A stretch of DNA of 64,000 bases. It comes from Hamiltosporidium tvaerminnensis FI-OER-3-3 (Eukaryota > Fungi > Microsporidia). Each line of letters opens with the position of its first letter. Positions within the stretch are counted from its first letter, which is position 1. The stretch covers positions 434,001-498,000 of the forward strand of contig JAKIMF020000007.1 of assembly GCA_022605425.2 (NCBI GenBank). The letters are read 5' to 3'. This document shows positions 1 to 12,599 of the stretch, piece after piece. The notes beneath the pieces were generated by a model that had not been told where the DNA came from, ran no database searches, and was given only the letters and a program-made list of their open reading frames with translations. Made by a program: the position numbers and the translations under genes.

Positions 1-1561
1 AAGCTTTCATTTGCATATTTGGAAAATTGGAAATTTTTCGTATGGATTATCAACAAGAAAGATCTAAAATCTCTATGTAAGTGAAAAATAGATTATTTAG
101 AAAGCCAGATCTTGAAAATGACCCAACAATTCGTAAGATTTTCAATTTTGGAAACATTAATGCTAATTTACGAAGGAAATCTCCATAGTTTATGAAGTCG
201 CATTTCACTATACTTAAAGATTCTAATTTTCGAAATTTACTAAAAAGATCAACATCTTCTGTTAATAGATCTAATCTTTCGATTTCTATAGATTTTAACG
301 TATTTATTTTCATAGATTCGATGTTTCCAAAAAGATAACAAAAGCTTGTTTGCATTTTATAGATGACAGGATTATTTAGAATAAATTTACACGCAAAATC
401 CGTAGAGACACATTCGATATAATACTTATCACCATTAGAAATTTTTATTCCAGTTATTTTATAAGAACTAACCAAAAGACCAAATAGTTCTATTTTCTCG
501 TTAGAATCATCTTGTTGCATGTAATTAAGAGCTTCGGGTGTAATTCGAATCATTGTATCATCAGTAAAATTCATTTCATATTTAAAAGATTCTCTGTTTT
601 GTTCTTTCGCAGTGAACGTTAATTCTTTTGTATTTGAATAAAACAATACATCGACCTCATCATAAAGTACAGTTAAGAATGGCAAGAAGAATTTTACATG
701 CCTCAAATATTCAGAATTCGTCATATTTAATAAATTAAGGCAGGTTTCATCTATTATGTATAACATAAATACGGAAGTAAATTTTTATACAAAATATAGA
801 GGGCATCAGTATTTGAGTAACAGTTAAGATCGTTGAGAAATTCAATTAGATCTATAAATTCATTTTTATTTAAACCATCAATTTGCGAATCAAACCCATA
901 ATATAAAATACATATGCATTTTTTGACCCAAAAACAGTCAATATTACTTTTTGTAATATCTTTAATATTAATATTAGTTTCATGAAGCTTTGATCTGTAT
1001 AAAATATCAAAACAACGTGACCTAAGTATAAAAATATTCGAATTATCGATAGTAATAGAATCCTTTGTTCTTTGAAATGGCCTACTTTGTTTGTTTTCAA
1101 ATTTCCTAAATTTTTAATTCTTTCATTCCTTACTTCAAAACTAGATTTTTCAACATTGATTTGATCTAAATCCCCTCCCATATTACATTAAACATTGGTA
1201 TGAAAATATTTAGGTGTAATATTGTTGTATTTTCTGGATCTTTATCTAATCTCGGTCTTTTACTTCTTATACTATATTCTTTTGATTGATTGGGTTCAAG
1301 GTATCGATTTTTATTTGGCCGAAACGAATGATTATTTGGTTCAATGAATGTTGTTTCTGTCTCACGTATTCTTTTTCTACCAATAAGATTATGAAGATTA
1401 TTGGAATCATATAGATTTATCCTAGAATCAAATGATCGATCTATACCGTTGAAAAATATATTGATGCGAATGCAATTATTTATTCTAAAAAATACAAAAA
1501 GAAAAAACGAACACAGTATGTTTTTCACTGCAGTGTAGTGATTAGATGACTTAACAAACAT
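1..1561 (-). pseudogene. Frameshifted member of the lineage-expanded leader + (BTB-like) + LRR-like family; probably runs off the window's left edge
   Basis: Three consecutive minus-strand ORFs (1166-1645 with probable ATG at 1561, 870-1181, 50-766) read as one protein. They give a hydrophobic leader (ILCSFFLFVFFRINNC), a segment SFMKLILILKIL resembling DFLDILMIITVL of the 807-aa ORF, and LRR-like units (LKSIEI, KLESLSI, KLKILRI, IEILDLS). Confidence 0.6.
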
Positions 1562-1959
1562 GCTATAGAGTATTTGAAGATTTTTTAATACTATGAGAAA
1601 TTCTAAATAATTGTCCCACCTGATTCTGATACATTTGAAGGGCATTCTATATTGGTATATATATCTTTGATATCAGTAATTTAGAAAGAAATCAAGATAT
1701 CAAAGATTAAAAGCTTTTTTTGATTAAAATAGTAAAAATTTTTGAATATAAACGATTTGTGCTTGGAGAATCTTTATAATTTACTAATTAACCTAAAAAG
1801 GTAACTCGATGATAATCATCATCGAAAATCAAATAGCAAAAACGACAATGTACAGTCTTTCAAAATATTCGTAACATGTTATTTATGACCTAAACTGCTG
1901 GAAACAGCAACTCTTCTTCTATTTATAGCGATGTCATTTTTATTTGAAAGAAAAGTAAT

Positions 1960-2485
1960 TACTTCTATTCAAGAATCGGTAAAGGTACCTCTTGATATCA
2001 TTTAACGGCAAGTCACTTTTTCAAAATATCTTTGGCATGAGATTTTGCCCAATACAGATAATAGAATTGTTTTTTTGGCATACATAAACCGTATTTCTTT
2101 TTCTATGCTGTAAAAATGTGATAAAATGGTAAATATTAATTCAAAGATTCTAATAAATATTTGTGTTTCTATTGTCTAATACAGAGATTTCCAAACTTTT
2201 TGACTCGCGGTCAATAACTTATTACTTTTTATGCTACCATACTGAGAAATATTTCAGCGCTTTCCATCATTAAAATTTTTAAATCAAATTTTTAAAGTTT
2301 CATATAGATAGATGTTCATAAAAACAAAATATTTATATTAAAGGTATTTATTTCTAAAAATAGACAAATAAATTACTGAAATTTATAAGAGTCTTCCTGT
2401 CACGCATTTCAACGGCGTTCATAAATTTGTTCGAGGTTTTATTTCCACTGTCCGCTTTCACCTATATGTGCGAAGAAACATAATC
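1960..2485 (+). mobile_element. Possible highly decayed piggyBac-like transposase remnant
   Basis: Broken-frame peptides FNGKSLFQ (~2001), DKM (~2120) and CPLSPICAKKH (~2449) occur in the order of piggyBac motifs and its C-terminal Cys-rich domain. No ORF and no clear TIRs. Confidence 0.2.
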
Positions 2486-2803
2486 TGAACTGAAATATTA
2501 AAAAATATTTACAGATCCAAATTAACAGATAAGCGCTTGAAGTCATTACTAGTAGTTTTTACTAGTAAATTTAACCGAAAATTTTAAAAAATTATCACCG
2601 AAAAGCCCAAATACATCAAGCTCATTAGCAATAATTATGGCATCTATTTTTTTGCTATTTCATTTCAATTTTTTTGAATAAAATATTAAAAAAAATAAGG
2701 AATACGCTTGAATCTTCTTCGTACTACGAATCCAGGCTTAAATTATCTTAAATTGCAATTCCTTTTGTATGATTTATCTATATTTTTTTGTTTTAATAAA
2801 TAA

Positions 2804-5800
2804 ATAGGTAAAAAGAAAAATGTTAGCAGCGAAATATCGAAAAATACCAAAATAAAGGCTGCAAACGACGCTGATGAGGTGAAGAAGAGTGATAGTGAGG
2901 TACAAAAATGTAAGCTACACCCACCGGCGATTTCCCTACCTTCCTCCTCCTACACAACAATAACACCTCCACCACCAAGCCAAACATGCAGTAAAATGCA
3001 AAATAGTGGGCTTGACACCTTACCTTCGCCTAATGCACCAGTTCCCTCTTCGGTTGAAGTCTCTGCGTGCGAGCCATCGTACGACATGACAAGCCCCTGT
3101 ACTCTAGCTATTCCGGAAGGTAACAAGCTAATGGCATTGCGGACGATATTCGATTCCGTAACAGCCGACCCGAAGGAATGGCCTCGAATTGTTTTTTTTG
3201 CAGTACAGACAAGTTTTGAAAGAATGCCAAGAAATGGCTGGACAGAGCTTCACAGGTACTATAATGAGAAATTCGGCTGCACTGAAACTCTCGAAGTGTT
3301 AAAAAAATTGGCACAAAGTGAGATGGGAAAGGATGTAAAATCAGAAGAGAATGGAGAGCGACGTAGAATCGCCACTTGTCTCGCTGATACATGCACCTTG
3401 ACCGACACCACGGAGTACATAAACCCGAGAGATAAATTCTTGAGTAAAATCAAAGAAATCTCTGAGAACGAAATTGGAAAAGTGGTGGTCCGAACTAGAA
3501 AACATCCAGATGAATTGGTTGATAGTAAAGCTCTGGATCTCATTAATCGAGTAGTCGGTGAATATGCAGGAGCTCATGTACCTGAGTCAATTACGGAAGC
3601 CGCGTATATCATGCAAGCTGCGCAGGTATGCTATGACGAGGCAACACGCAAAGAAAAGCCTAGATCCGCTTGGAAGGAAAACATAGAAAGTAAAATTTCT
3701 AAGTTAGTACTTTCCAAAGATCTTCTCGAGAAGGCTCGTAAGCAGGAAATGCTCTCCACTTCGGAAACGAAGAGCCTTAAGAAGATCATGCGAGAATTTA
3801 ATTTAAACTTGAGCAGTGTAACTGATATTTCTGAGGCTTTAGTTAAGAAGAATGAGTCTTTGAATATTTACGAGAAAAAAATTACGATGCATGAAAGTAG
3901 GAAGCAATTCCGAAAAGAGAATCGTATGTTTGAGCTTTTCCGAGGTCGATTTTATCGTGGGTTATCTGAGCGTGTGGAATCCGAGCATGTGGTTAGTCGT
4001 GATGAAATTGTGAGTTTTTGGTCTACAATGTGGAACAAAAATGATGACACAGTCACGTATGATGATTATTTGATTCCATTTGTATCAGATAATCATCCGA
4101 CCACGTTTCCTTCACTTGATGAATTTGTAAATATCATTAATTGGCTTCCCAACTGGAAAGCTGCTGGAATTGATGGTATTTACAATTTTTTCATTAAGAA
4201 ACTTACAACTCTTCACAAATATCTTTATGATATTGTGAAAGTTATGTGTTTAGAAGGAAACCTCAAGCTGATTGGTTTTGCTGCGGGCTTACGTATTTGA
4301 TACCGAAAGTAATTCCACGAAGAGGCTCTGACTACAGGTCAATCACTTGTATGTCCAACCTCTATAAGTTAACGACAAAGTGTGTAACAAAGGTCGTTCA
4401 AATTGAAGTGGAAAGGCGAGGGTTGCTTGCAGAGAACCAATTTGGGGCGGTAAGAGGTGTGCAGGGAGCAAAAGAGCAGGCTCTACTGAATATTGCCTTA
4501 AATAAAGAGTATGGAAATAATCTTGAGGCAACATGGATTGATGTTAAAAAGGCTTATGATCAAATAGAACATGCTCATTTAACTCAATGCATTGAAAACC
4601 TAAATTTACCTGATTGGATTATGAAATTTATTGAGGCAATTATATCAAAATGGAAAATTGATATATCAGTAGGGCCTACAAAAATCATGAACCAGAAGAT
4701 TGAGAGAGGGATTCTACAAGGAGATAGTTTGTCACCATTATTGTTTGTGTTGTGTATAGATCCATTGAGCCGAAAGCTTAATGAGAAATACACAAAAGTG
4801 ACAATAAAGACAGATGCAAAATCCCACGCGACTAATTATCTTTTGTTTATTGATGATCTTAAGCTCCTTGCCGAAGCTGGGCAAAAATTGCAAGAAATGA
4901 CGGAGGAGGTTAAAAAGTTTATAAATTATATAGGATTGGAAATTAACAAAGAGAAGTCAGCCACTAATGATCAATGTTGTGAAGATACTGCTTCTCTTCT
5001 TGAAGGAATAGGTGTGTATAAATACCTTTGAATTATAGAAGATAGCAGAGGAATTCGACAAGTAAGTCGTTTGAGGAGGTACAGACTAAACTTATAGCAC
5101 GTGTAGAAAGACTTTGTCGCTGAGATTAAATGCAAGAAATCTATTTCAAGCCATTAATCAACATGCAATTTCTTTACTAAACTATCATATAGGTGTATCT
5201 GACTTGAACCGGCTGACTTCTCTAAGTTAGATGATGCAGTGCGTGCAGTGCAATTAAAAAACAAAATACATCTACGCCCAGGATGTAATGAACGTCTATA
5301 CCTTCCACGTAGAGAACTTGGAAGAGGTTTATATAGTGTCGAATTCAAAAGCGAACATATGCTTTTGCAACTCTTGGATTGTCTGGAAAAACATAAAGAT
5401 ACATCGACCAGAAGAGCAGCAATCCTAAAGGTTGAGAATAATAATATAATCCACCTTTCACTAATTAAAAACTTTTTAAAAATAAAATACGGGTTGGAAG
5501 AGGAAGTTACAAAAAAGAAATTGGAAGAAGCTTAACTATCTAACTTATATAACGAAATAGAAAAACGAAAACTACATTCAAAGTTATATAATGCTAGAAA
5601 CAACGAGCGAGTAAGTGTAAATGACTCCTCAAGATGGTTAAAGAAAGGAAGTGTAAGACCACGTGACGAAGCAGTGTTCTGTTATATCCAGGATAGAAAT
5701 GAATTTTGGGGTGCAGAAGGTATGTGTCAACACTGCAACCAGCCTAGGAAAACAGTTGATCACTTAGCAACGAGATGTGAAAAAATGCTTGGTCATGACT

Positions 5801-6584
5801 ATACTAGACGACATAATGAAGTGGTACGATGTATACATTTACTCTTGCTGAATAAATATAAGTTTAAGTCTTCGAAACGAATTAGAAGCCACTCAGTTCA
5901 AGAAATTCTTGATAACGAATATGCAGAGATAAGAGGGGACACCAGAATAAAAACTGATGTTAAAATTTGGAATGACAGACCTAACTTATATATTTTCGAT
6001 AAGAAGAAGAATAAAATAGCACTCATTTAAGTAGGAATCACTTCCAAAGATTTACTTCAACAGTTGAAACAGAAAAACTTAGAGGTATGACCTGCTAGTT
6101 AATGATTTGTTTTTATTTGGCAGTGTAGTCTTGAGATAATCTCGTATGGAAAACCTGGAACGGTATTATGACAAACTCAATAAGTCTTGTCAAAAAATAC
6201 AAATAACCATTAATATAGAAGCATATTTTCTGTCTATAGTACTTAAGAAAACAGTCGAAACAGTTTCCTTTGATCGACGAAGAGGACTTGAGTCAGGACT
6301 AAATGCCGAAGAGAGCTGGGAGAGAGCGTCAATAGGTGTTTTTATGAGAGCAGAGATGCATGAGGAACCAACACCTCTTTAAAAGAAGAAAAGAGAGAGG
6401 AAGATGGTCCAAAAAAATTTAAACAAAAAAATGATACACCCCTTATTCCACAGGAAAAAAGCACTTTAGAGGAACCGACCAATAACATAAATGAAAAGTC
6501 GGATTTGAAAAAAAAGACAGCAGTGTTAAAGAGGCAGAAGAAAAAGCATAAAAATAGTAAAAATATTTTAACCCAGAATTTTAT
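2804..6584 (+). mobile_element. Non-LTR retrotransposon, RLE type (R4/Dong-like); single pol ORF inactivated by frameshifts and stops
   Basis: RT motifs NWKAAGIDGI, YRSITCMSNLYK, NQFG, WIDVKKAYD, GILQGDSLSPLLF, FIDD and YKYL(G>stop). These are followed by a CCHC knuckle CQHC..TVDHLATRC, RHNEVV, and an RLE with RP(D>N)...(E>stop)VG. Frameshift near 4258; stops at 5029, 5533 and 6028. The open frame extends back to ATA at 2804 (likely a mutated ATG). 3' end is TTAACCCAGAATTTTAT. Confidence 0.93.
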
Positions 6585-8242
6585 AAGATAAAACTATAGT
6601 AAATTCGAGACATCATTCCCTGATGTTTTAATAATAGTAGTGGTTAAAATAAATCTTTGGACTGGTATATTATTTGTTTTAAACTAAATTCCAAGCATTC
6701 TATGATTTTTCAAAGCCAAATAATTTAAAACTTTTATTCTACTTTAAGAGCTATAAAGTATGAATCGAATAATATATTCTATAAAGATTTAGATTATTCT
6801 TTTAAGATGTTTGATTAATACTTTATAGAAAACTATTATATATTCTTGTGATACAATAATATTTGTATGTCTAAACTGTACATATAAATTTACTCATATT
6901 AAAATCTAAACAATATGTAATAATAAACCAATAATATAGCCAACGATTGTTAAATATCTGCATCTATGTTTTTTGTAAACAATTATATAAATTTTTTTCC
7001 ATAATTTTTTTAGAAATATTATCTGTTAATTCATTTTATAATGTAACGTTTATTAAAAATATAAAAAGAGTTGAATTACTTAAACCAGTAAAAAAAATAA
7101 ATTTGATTGGATTTTAAATGCTTGAATAGGTAAAATTAAATGAAAATATAGATTTGTCTAACTTAAAATGTAAAAATTAAAATATTTTTTTTAATCCAAG
7201 CCTATTTTGAAATATCATGATTGTTTTGCATTTTTTTTACTGCTTCTTATCAATTTTTTTTCGGATTTTTAGCATAATTGTAGTTTAAAAATCCTCAAAT
7301 TTCTTTATAAGTAATACTGGTGTTAAAAAATGAAATATGTTCTAATTTTAGATAGAAATTGTTAGATTATACTTATCTCAATTTTATAGTTTAGACGCCG
7401 AACTGTTCGTATTTTTCCTTTTTTAATGTACTTAAGTTATTTATATATCCTCCCATGTATTTTTAATTATCTCATTTCGATCGCATATGTATTTTTATAC
7501 GAATAAAAATTAAAATTTTGAATACAATAATGTTGTGATAGAGTGAATGATTGGTCTAACCCAATTCATTCTATAAATAGCTACTAGAACTAAGGTCATA
7601 ATAATATCATTTTTGTATTTTTTGAATCAAATTTTTTATATTTATAGATTTTATGAGAAATAATTAAAAACCTTGATAAAGAAATACAACGAAAAAGCTA
7701 AAATGAATTAAATTATATTAATTTAATAAAAATAACTAAAGCAATAAAAACAAAATTTAATATAAAAGTTTAACCTGTATGATAAGAGTTTCAAACACAC
7801 TTGTTTTTAATTTGATTATTCAAAAAATGACTAAAATACAATCGATTCATAAGATAAACGCTTGTTTTAAAAATAATATACCTATCTTCATACAAAATAA
7901 TTTTACGAATGAAAGAAGTCTTTCGGAAATGAATATAATGCTAATATGGCGAGTCATGCGAACGAAAAACATTGGGAAAGATAAATATAGACATATTATA
8001 AGATGAATTATAAGATTCATGTTCCTCTTCTGACCCTTAAGATAGAAAGAGATAATAAAAAAAATCAATGAACAAAAATTTATGAATACGATATCAAAAG
8101 CAAGATTGGGATCATAGATAGATTTTGAAAATAAGAATTAGGCAATGCAAATCAAAATTTCGCAGATTTAAAAAAAGTAAGTATTATAGTTTCTAAAGTA
8201 TAAACTCATGTAAATTTATATAATTATTCCAGGATTTATTTA

Positions 8243-8990
8243 ATAAAATTCTGGGCTAAAAACCTTTCTTCCTTCACATTTTTATGCCTTTTATTCTCCC
8301 TATATTACTACCATTTTATCTTTTCCAAATCCGAAACTTGATTTATGTTTATGGTCGGTTCCTCTAATGTTGTTCATTCTACTGAAATAAGGGATAATTT
8401 TTTTTTCTTTTTAAAATTTTAGTACCATCTTCCCGTTGCTAGCTTGTTATTAGGAGTTTTGGATTCTGCATACACCTCAGTTCGCTTATTAGCACCCATT
8501 GAGACTCTTTCTGGGCTCTTTTTGGCATTTTGTTCCGATTCAAGTCCTCTTACCTAAAACTGGAAATTGTTTCGAATGTCTCTTAAGTACTCTCGACTGA
8601 ATTTATGCCTCTAAATTATCAGGTATTTCCAGTCTTTTTGGTGTGTTACTTATGTTATTTTGACACAATACCGTCTCAGGTAATCACATAAGGTGTTATC
8701 TCAACACAAACATAAAAATAAGACCAAACCCATTGGCTAGCAGGTCATACTTCCTAAGTTTTTCAGTTTCAACTATTTAAAGTGAATCATGGGAAGTAAT
8801 TCCTACTTCAATGATTGTAATCTTCTTTTTACTCTTATCTAAGATTAATATGTCGGGTCTATTATTCCGTATTTTGACATATCTTTTTATTCTGGTGTTC
8901 CCTTTATCTTGCATACTCGTTTTCAATAAATAGTTGAAGGGTTGACTTCCAATTAATTTTGAAGGCTTAAATTTATATCTATTTAGAAGA
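8243..8990 (-). mobile_element. 5'-truncated decayed copy of the R4/Dong-like element (RLE domain + tail)
   Basis: Reverse strand reads NNRPDILILDKSKKKITIIEVGITSHDSL*IVETEKLRKYDLLANG and ends in TTAGCCCAGAATTTTAT, matching the 3' end at 6568-6584. Confidence 0.85.
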
Positions 8991-9222
8991 TTATTTCAGT
9001 TAGAAATATGAATTTTTATATATAATGAAATAACGCTATAAACTCTGCATAAAAACATATTTAGTTGATAAAATATGCAAATTATGTAATAATGTTTCTT
9101 TTACAATTCATTTATTTAATAAATAATATATTCTCCGTTTTATTTTCTATACTCATAACATGAATTTTCTTCTGAAATATTTAAAAATATAGAAGATGTG
9201 ATATTTAAAAACTTCTAAGTTA

Positions 9223-9225
9223 CCC
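9223..9225 (+). promoter_or_regulatory. Microsporidian-type CCC motif before the start codon
   Basis: tacccacaatttATG: CCC lies 8-10 nt upstream of the 9233 ATG after an AT-rich stretch. Confidence 0.5.
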
Positions 9226-9232
9226 ACAATTT

Positions 9233-10588
9233 ATGGATACTTCTTCAGATGATATAATTGAAATAAAATCAATAAAAAAAGTGACCAATAAAAGAAAAAT
9301 TGAAGCTTCGGATATATATCACGATAAAAGTAGTGATAGCGATATAATATTTGTTAGGGCAGAGAAGAATATGACAGCTGAAAAAAAATTTATCTGCACT
9401 GACCAAAACCGTGTAAATCAAGATAATATCTTAAATGGTAACGAAAAAAATGAAAATGCAAAGAAAGAAAAAGTAGTTTCAAAAAATGGTACTCAACAAA
9501 AAGATTTACGTAATACTTCTACAATATTAGAAGTTACCAAGGAAACAGATAAAGATAAATATGTAGGATCTATTAAATCAAACTGTGAATTTGATAGAGA
9601 TATTTCAGCAGAAATCGAGGAATGTAAACGACTGGTACCGAATACTTCTAATATTGAAGAGATCAATGATATTTCCGCAGAAATCAAAGAAATTAAATCA
9701 TTAACACCGAATATTTCAAATACACAAGATGGCAATGGTATTTCTTCAGAAATCCACGGATATGAATCACCAAAACTAGATATTTTAAATAATGAAGGTA
9801 AGGATTATAAATCTGAAACCGAAGATGACTTAGATTCAATATTCAATTTAAATAAAAATACAATCTTTCAACAATATGATAATTCAAAGGCAAGAAAGAA
9901 AACATCAATTGAAGGGATCAAAAATACAAATTGCACTTCAATAGCCTTGAATGAATCGATAAATGTACATAAGAAAGATAGAAATTGTAATGTAAACGAG
10001 ACAAAAGAGATATCAACTGGGTACAAGAAGGATACACCAATAAAAAATTATAATAAACTTAAATGTATAGATATAAAAAATTATTCGTCTATAATTTTAG
10101 ATGTGCCAGATAATAAAGAAACAATTCGTAAAAAAGAGAAAGATTTGACGAAAATATTTATAAAAGAAAATGGAAATCTTAAAAAATATTTCTTTCTGGG
10201 TAAAAATCAAACATTTGAAGAAATATATAAAGAGATCATAGGATATGATTTAGATAAAAAGATTTTTTATAAAAATATGGCTGTTTCTAAATATTCTACA
10301 TTGGAGAATATTTGTTATAATGATTGTGACAATATATTTGAAATAATAAACGTAAATAAAAATGAAAATAATTTACAAGAAATAGAAATTAAAGTAAATT
10401 ATGATTTTAATAAAACTGTTTCGGTTCAAGTTGATAGAAATCAGAAATTCAAAGATTTATTACAAATATGTACAATTCTCTGTCCAGGATATAATTTTAA
10501 AAATGTTATGATGAATGGGGATACTTTTGATATGAATGAAATAATTTCAAATTATCTGGAATCTAACGATGTGATTGACATTTATTAA
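9233..10588 (+). CDS. Rad60/Esc2/NIP45-like (RENi) protein: disordered N-terminus with SIM-like motifs and two C-terminal SUMO/ubiquitin-like domains
   Basis: Acidic SIM-like motifs DDIIEI and SDSDIIFV. Two tandem beta-grasp-like units: KIFIKENG..YFFLGKNQTFEEI..IFYKNMAVSKYSTLENI..IFEII and IEIKVNY..VSVQVDRNQKFKDLL..VMMNGDTFD..LESNDVIDIY. No C-terminal GG. Confidence 0.65.
   Translation: MDTSSDDIIEIKSIKKVTNKRKIEASDIYHDKSSDSDIIFVRAEKNMTAEKKFICTDQNRVNQDNILNGNEKNENAKKEKVVSKNGTQQKDLRNTSTILEVTKETDKDKYVGSIKSNCEFDRDISAEIEECKRLVPNTSNIEEINDISAEIKEIKSLTPNISNTQDGNGISSEIHGYESPKLDILNNEGKDYKSETEDDLDSIFNLNKNTIFQQYDNSKARKKTSIEGIKNTNCTSIALNESINVHKKDRNCNVNETKEISTGYKKDTPIKNYNKLKCIDIKNYSSIILDVPDNKETIRKKEKDLTKIFIKENGNLKKYFFLGKNQTFEEIYKEIIGYDLDKKIFYKNMAVSKYSTLENICYNDCDNIFEIINVNKNENNLQEIEIKVNYDFNKTVSVQVDRNQKFKDLLQICTILCPGYNFKNVMMNGDTFDMNEIISNYLESNDVIDIY
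9599..9805 (+). repeat. In-frame 69-bp (23-aa) tandem repeat, three copies
   Basis: Units start at 9599, 9668 and 9737: DISAEIEECKRLVPNTSNIEEIN / DISAEIKEIKSLTPNISNTQDGN / GISSEIHGYESPKLDILNNEGKD. Confidence 0.85.
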
Positions 10589-11473
10589 TTAAAATTTATT
10601 GTAAATCATACAAATAAATAAAATGATTTTTAAATATTTACAATCGAATAATTATCGTTGACATTCATTAAAAATTTGTTGTTTTAAATCCCGGAAATAT
10701 GGATAAAACATTTTCTAAATATTTCGAACGAAGAATGTGAATACATTTACTGAATAATTTTTATTGTAAAATTTAAAAATACAAATAATGGCTTTTCCAA
10801 GGATTTAAAGTTAAACTTTGTGTTTTCTATTCTAAAAATAAAGGTTGATATAGATGATGATTACTAAATTTAATCACCAGTTTTAAAAATCCCCTCAATT
10901 ATAAAATATATAAGCTTTCATGTTTCTACAATTAAAAATAATATAAAACCTATAAATATTGTTTTTTTAATCTTTCTACAATAGTTTTTTTGTAACTCAC
11001 AAATCTATAATATTAGTGTCATATATACTTAATATTTCATTAAATTTTCAAATTTCATTTATTTTAATATCTTTTATAAAATTCCGCAAAAATCAATCAG
11101 TAATTTAAATCTCTGTTTTATTTCTTTAATTCTTATTTTTCCTAATTTTTGGCAGAAATTGGAATAAATGGAATATTTGATATTGAAAATATTTTCTGTT
11201 TAGAATATTTAGGTGTTTCAATGATAATTTTAGTTTTAGTGATGGTGGTTTTCTACGAAATATTAGAATTCACTTAAAATTTATTTATTTATTTTTCATT
11301 GAATTTTTCTATTCGGTTATTTTAAAAAATCCAAATCCATTCTATTCAATGACTTATTTATATTGTCTTCGAATTATTAAACTTCTAATTAATACGGACA
11401 TCTTTTTTTATCAATCACTATAAATCAAATATTTATTTAGGTTTCTTTTAAGTCATTAAATTATAAAATATAA

Positions 11474-11941
11474 TCAGAATTTATTATTTAAATTAAATTT
11501 ATAACAATAATGTAAAATAGAATCATCATAAGATTTATCAATCAAAAAATTATTTTTTTCATAAAAACTGATCGCCTTATAATTATTTTTAAGTACAAAT
11601 AATACAAGATTTTCATATTTTTTTTGGTTTAAATAATATTTTTTACAGAAATCTAATAATAGAGTACCGACGCCTTTAGATCGGTGCTCAAATGTAACAT
11701 GTATTTCATAAATAAAAATTAGTCTGTTTTCTTTTCTTATCATACAAAAGCCGACTTTTTTATTCAAAAAATAACAAATAATAAATTCGGATTTTTTATT
11801 TGAAATTGATTTATTTTTTGTATATTTGTATAAAGAAGTTGAATTGTATTGTTTCATGTTTTCTATTGTCAAATTCAATGCCCATTTTTTTATATCTCTA
11901 GTGTTTTTATTTTCTTTTATTATTTTGTAATTATTATTCAT
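11474..11941 (-). CDS. GNAT acetyltransferase, NAA40/Nat4 (NatD)-like
   Basis: LTIENMKQY, IYEIHV, acetyl-CoA motif RSKGVG and LFVLKNNYKAISFYEKNNF-ID fit the NAA40 pattern. Confidence 0.75.
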   Translation of the reverse strand: MNNNYKIIKENKNTRDIKKWALNLTIENMKQYNSTSLYKYTKNKSISNKKSEFIICYFLNKKVGFCMIRKENRLIFIYEIHVTFEHRSKGVGTLLLDFCKKYYLNQKKYENLVLFVLKNNYKAISFYEKNNFLIDKSYDDSILHYCYKFNLNNKF

Positions 11942-12599
11942 TTTAAATTATAAAAGGTATCTTTCAATTATTGTTTAATACCCGCTATTTTTCTTTCTTG
12001 TTTTCGTTTACCATTTTTATGCACTTTCTAGGTTTTGTTTAAATGTTTTTTTAAATTTGGTGTCATATTTTGATTTGAAATCTTTTATCGATAATTTGAA
12101 GTTTCATAATTTGAATGTTTATTTGTTGAAATATTCTTCTCAATCGAATTTAGTGCATGTATTAGGTTTATGAGTTGTTGTAATTTCTGCTCATATGTGT
12201 ATTTAGTGATGCACCTTCGGAACTCTATGCAATAATTGTCATGTTTCTGGTTCTCTTCGTAATTTAAATGAATTGACTTCGACTATTTTTTATGTACTAT
12301 CGAATGGTTGTGGTTGATATTTTCAGTGATACCTAAAGCGTTTTAAGATACCATATATAATTTTTCTTAAATACCTTTCATTATATTACATATAAAACAT
12401 GATCAAATTTGTTTTGATAAAAGATTTAGTTCTTCGATCAAATGTTGTCTTCTTTGGTTTTTATACTTCAAATGCCCGTAGCGAATCTTTTAAAAATTTT
12501 CGAATTTAGCATTCGTTTTTATTCCGTTATTCAATCATATATCAGCAAACTTATTTTCAAATGTTTTCAACAGATTAATTTTATAGTTTAAATACACTG

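Noticed and set aside
2698-2764. HDV-like ribozyme upstream of the R4-like element (AAGGAAT/ATTCCTT pairing)
   Set aside because: The would-be L3 is too long and no P1 partner is evident.
3108-5348. Antisense ORFs inside the retrotransposon
   Set aside because: Shadows of GC-richer coding sequence with no motifs.
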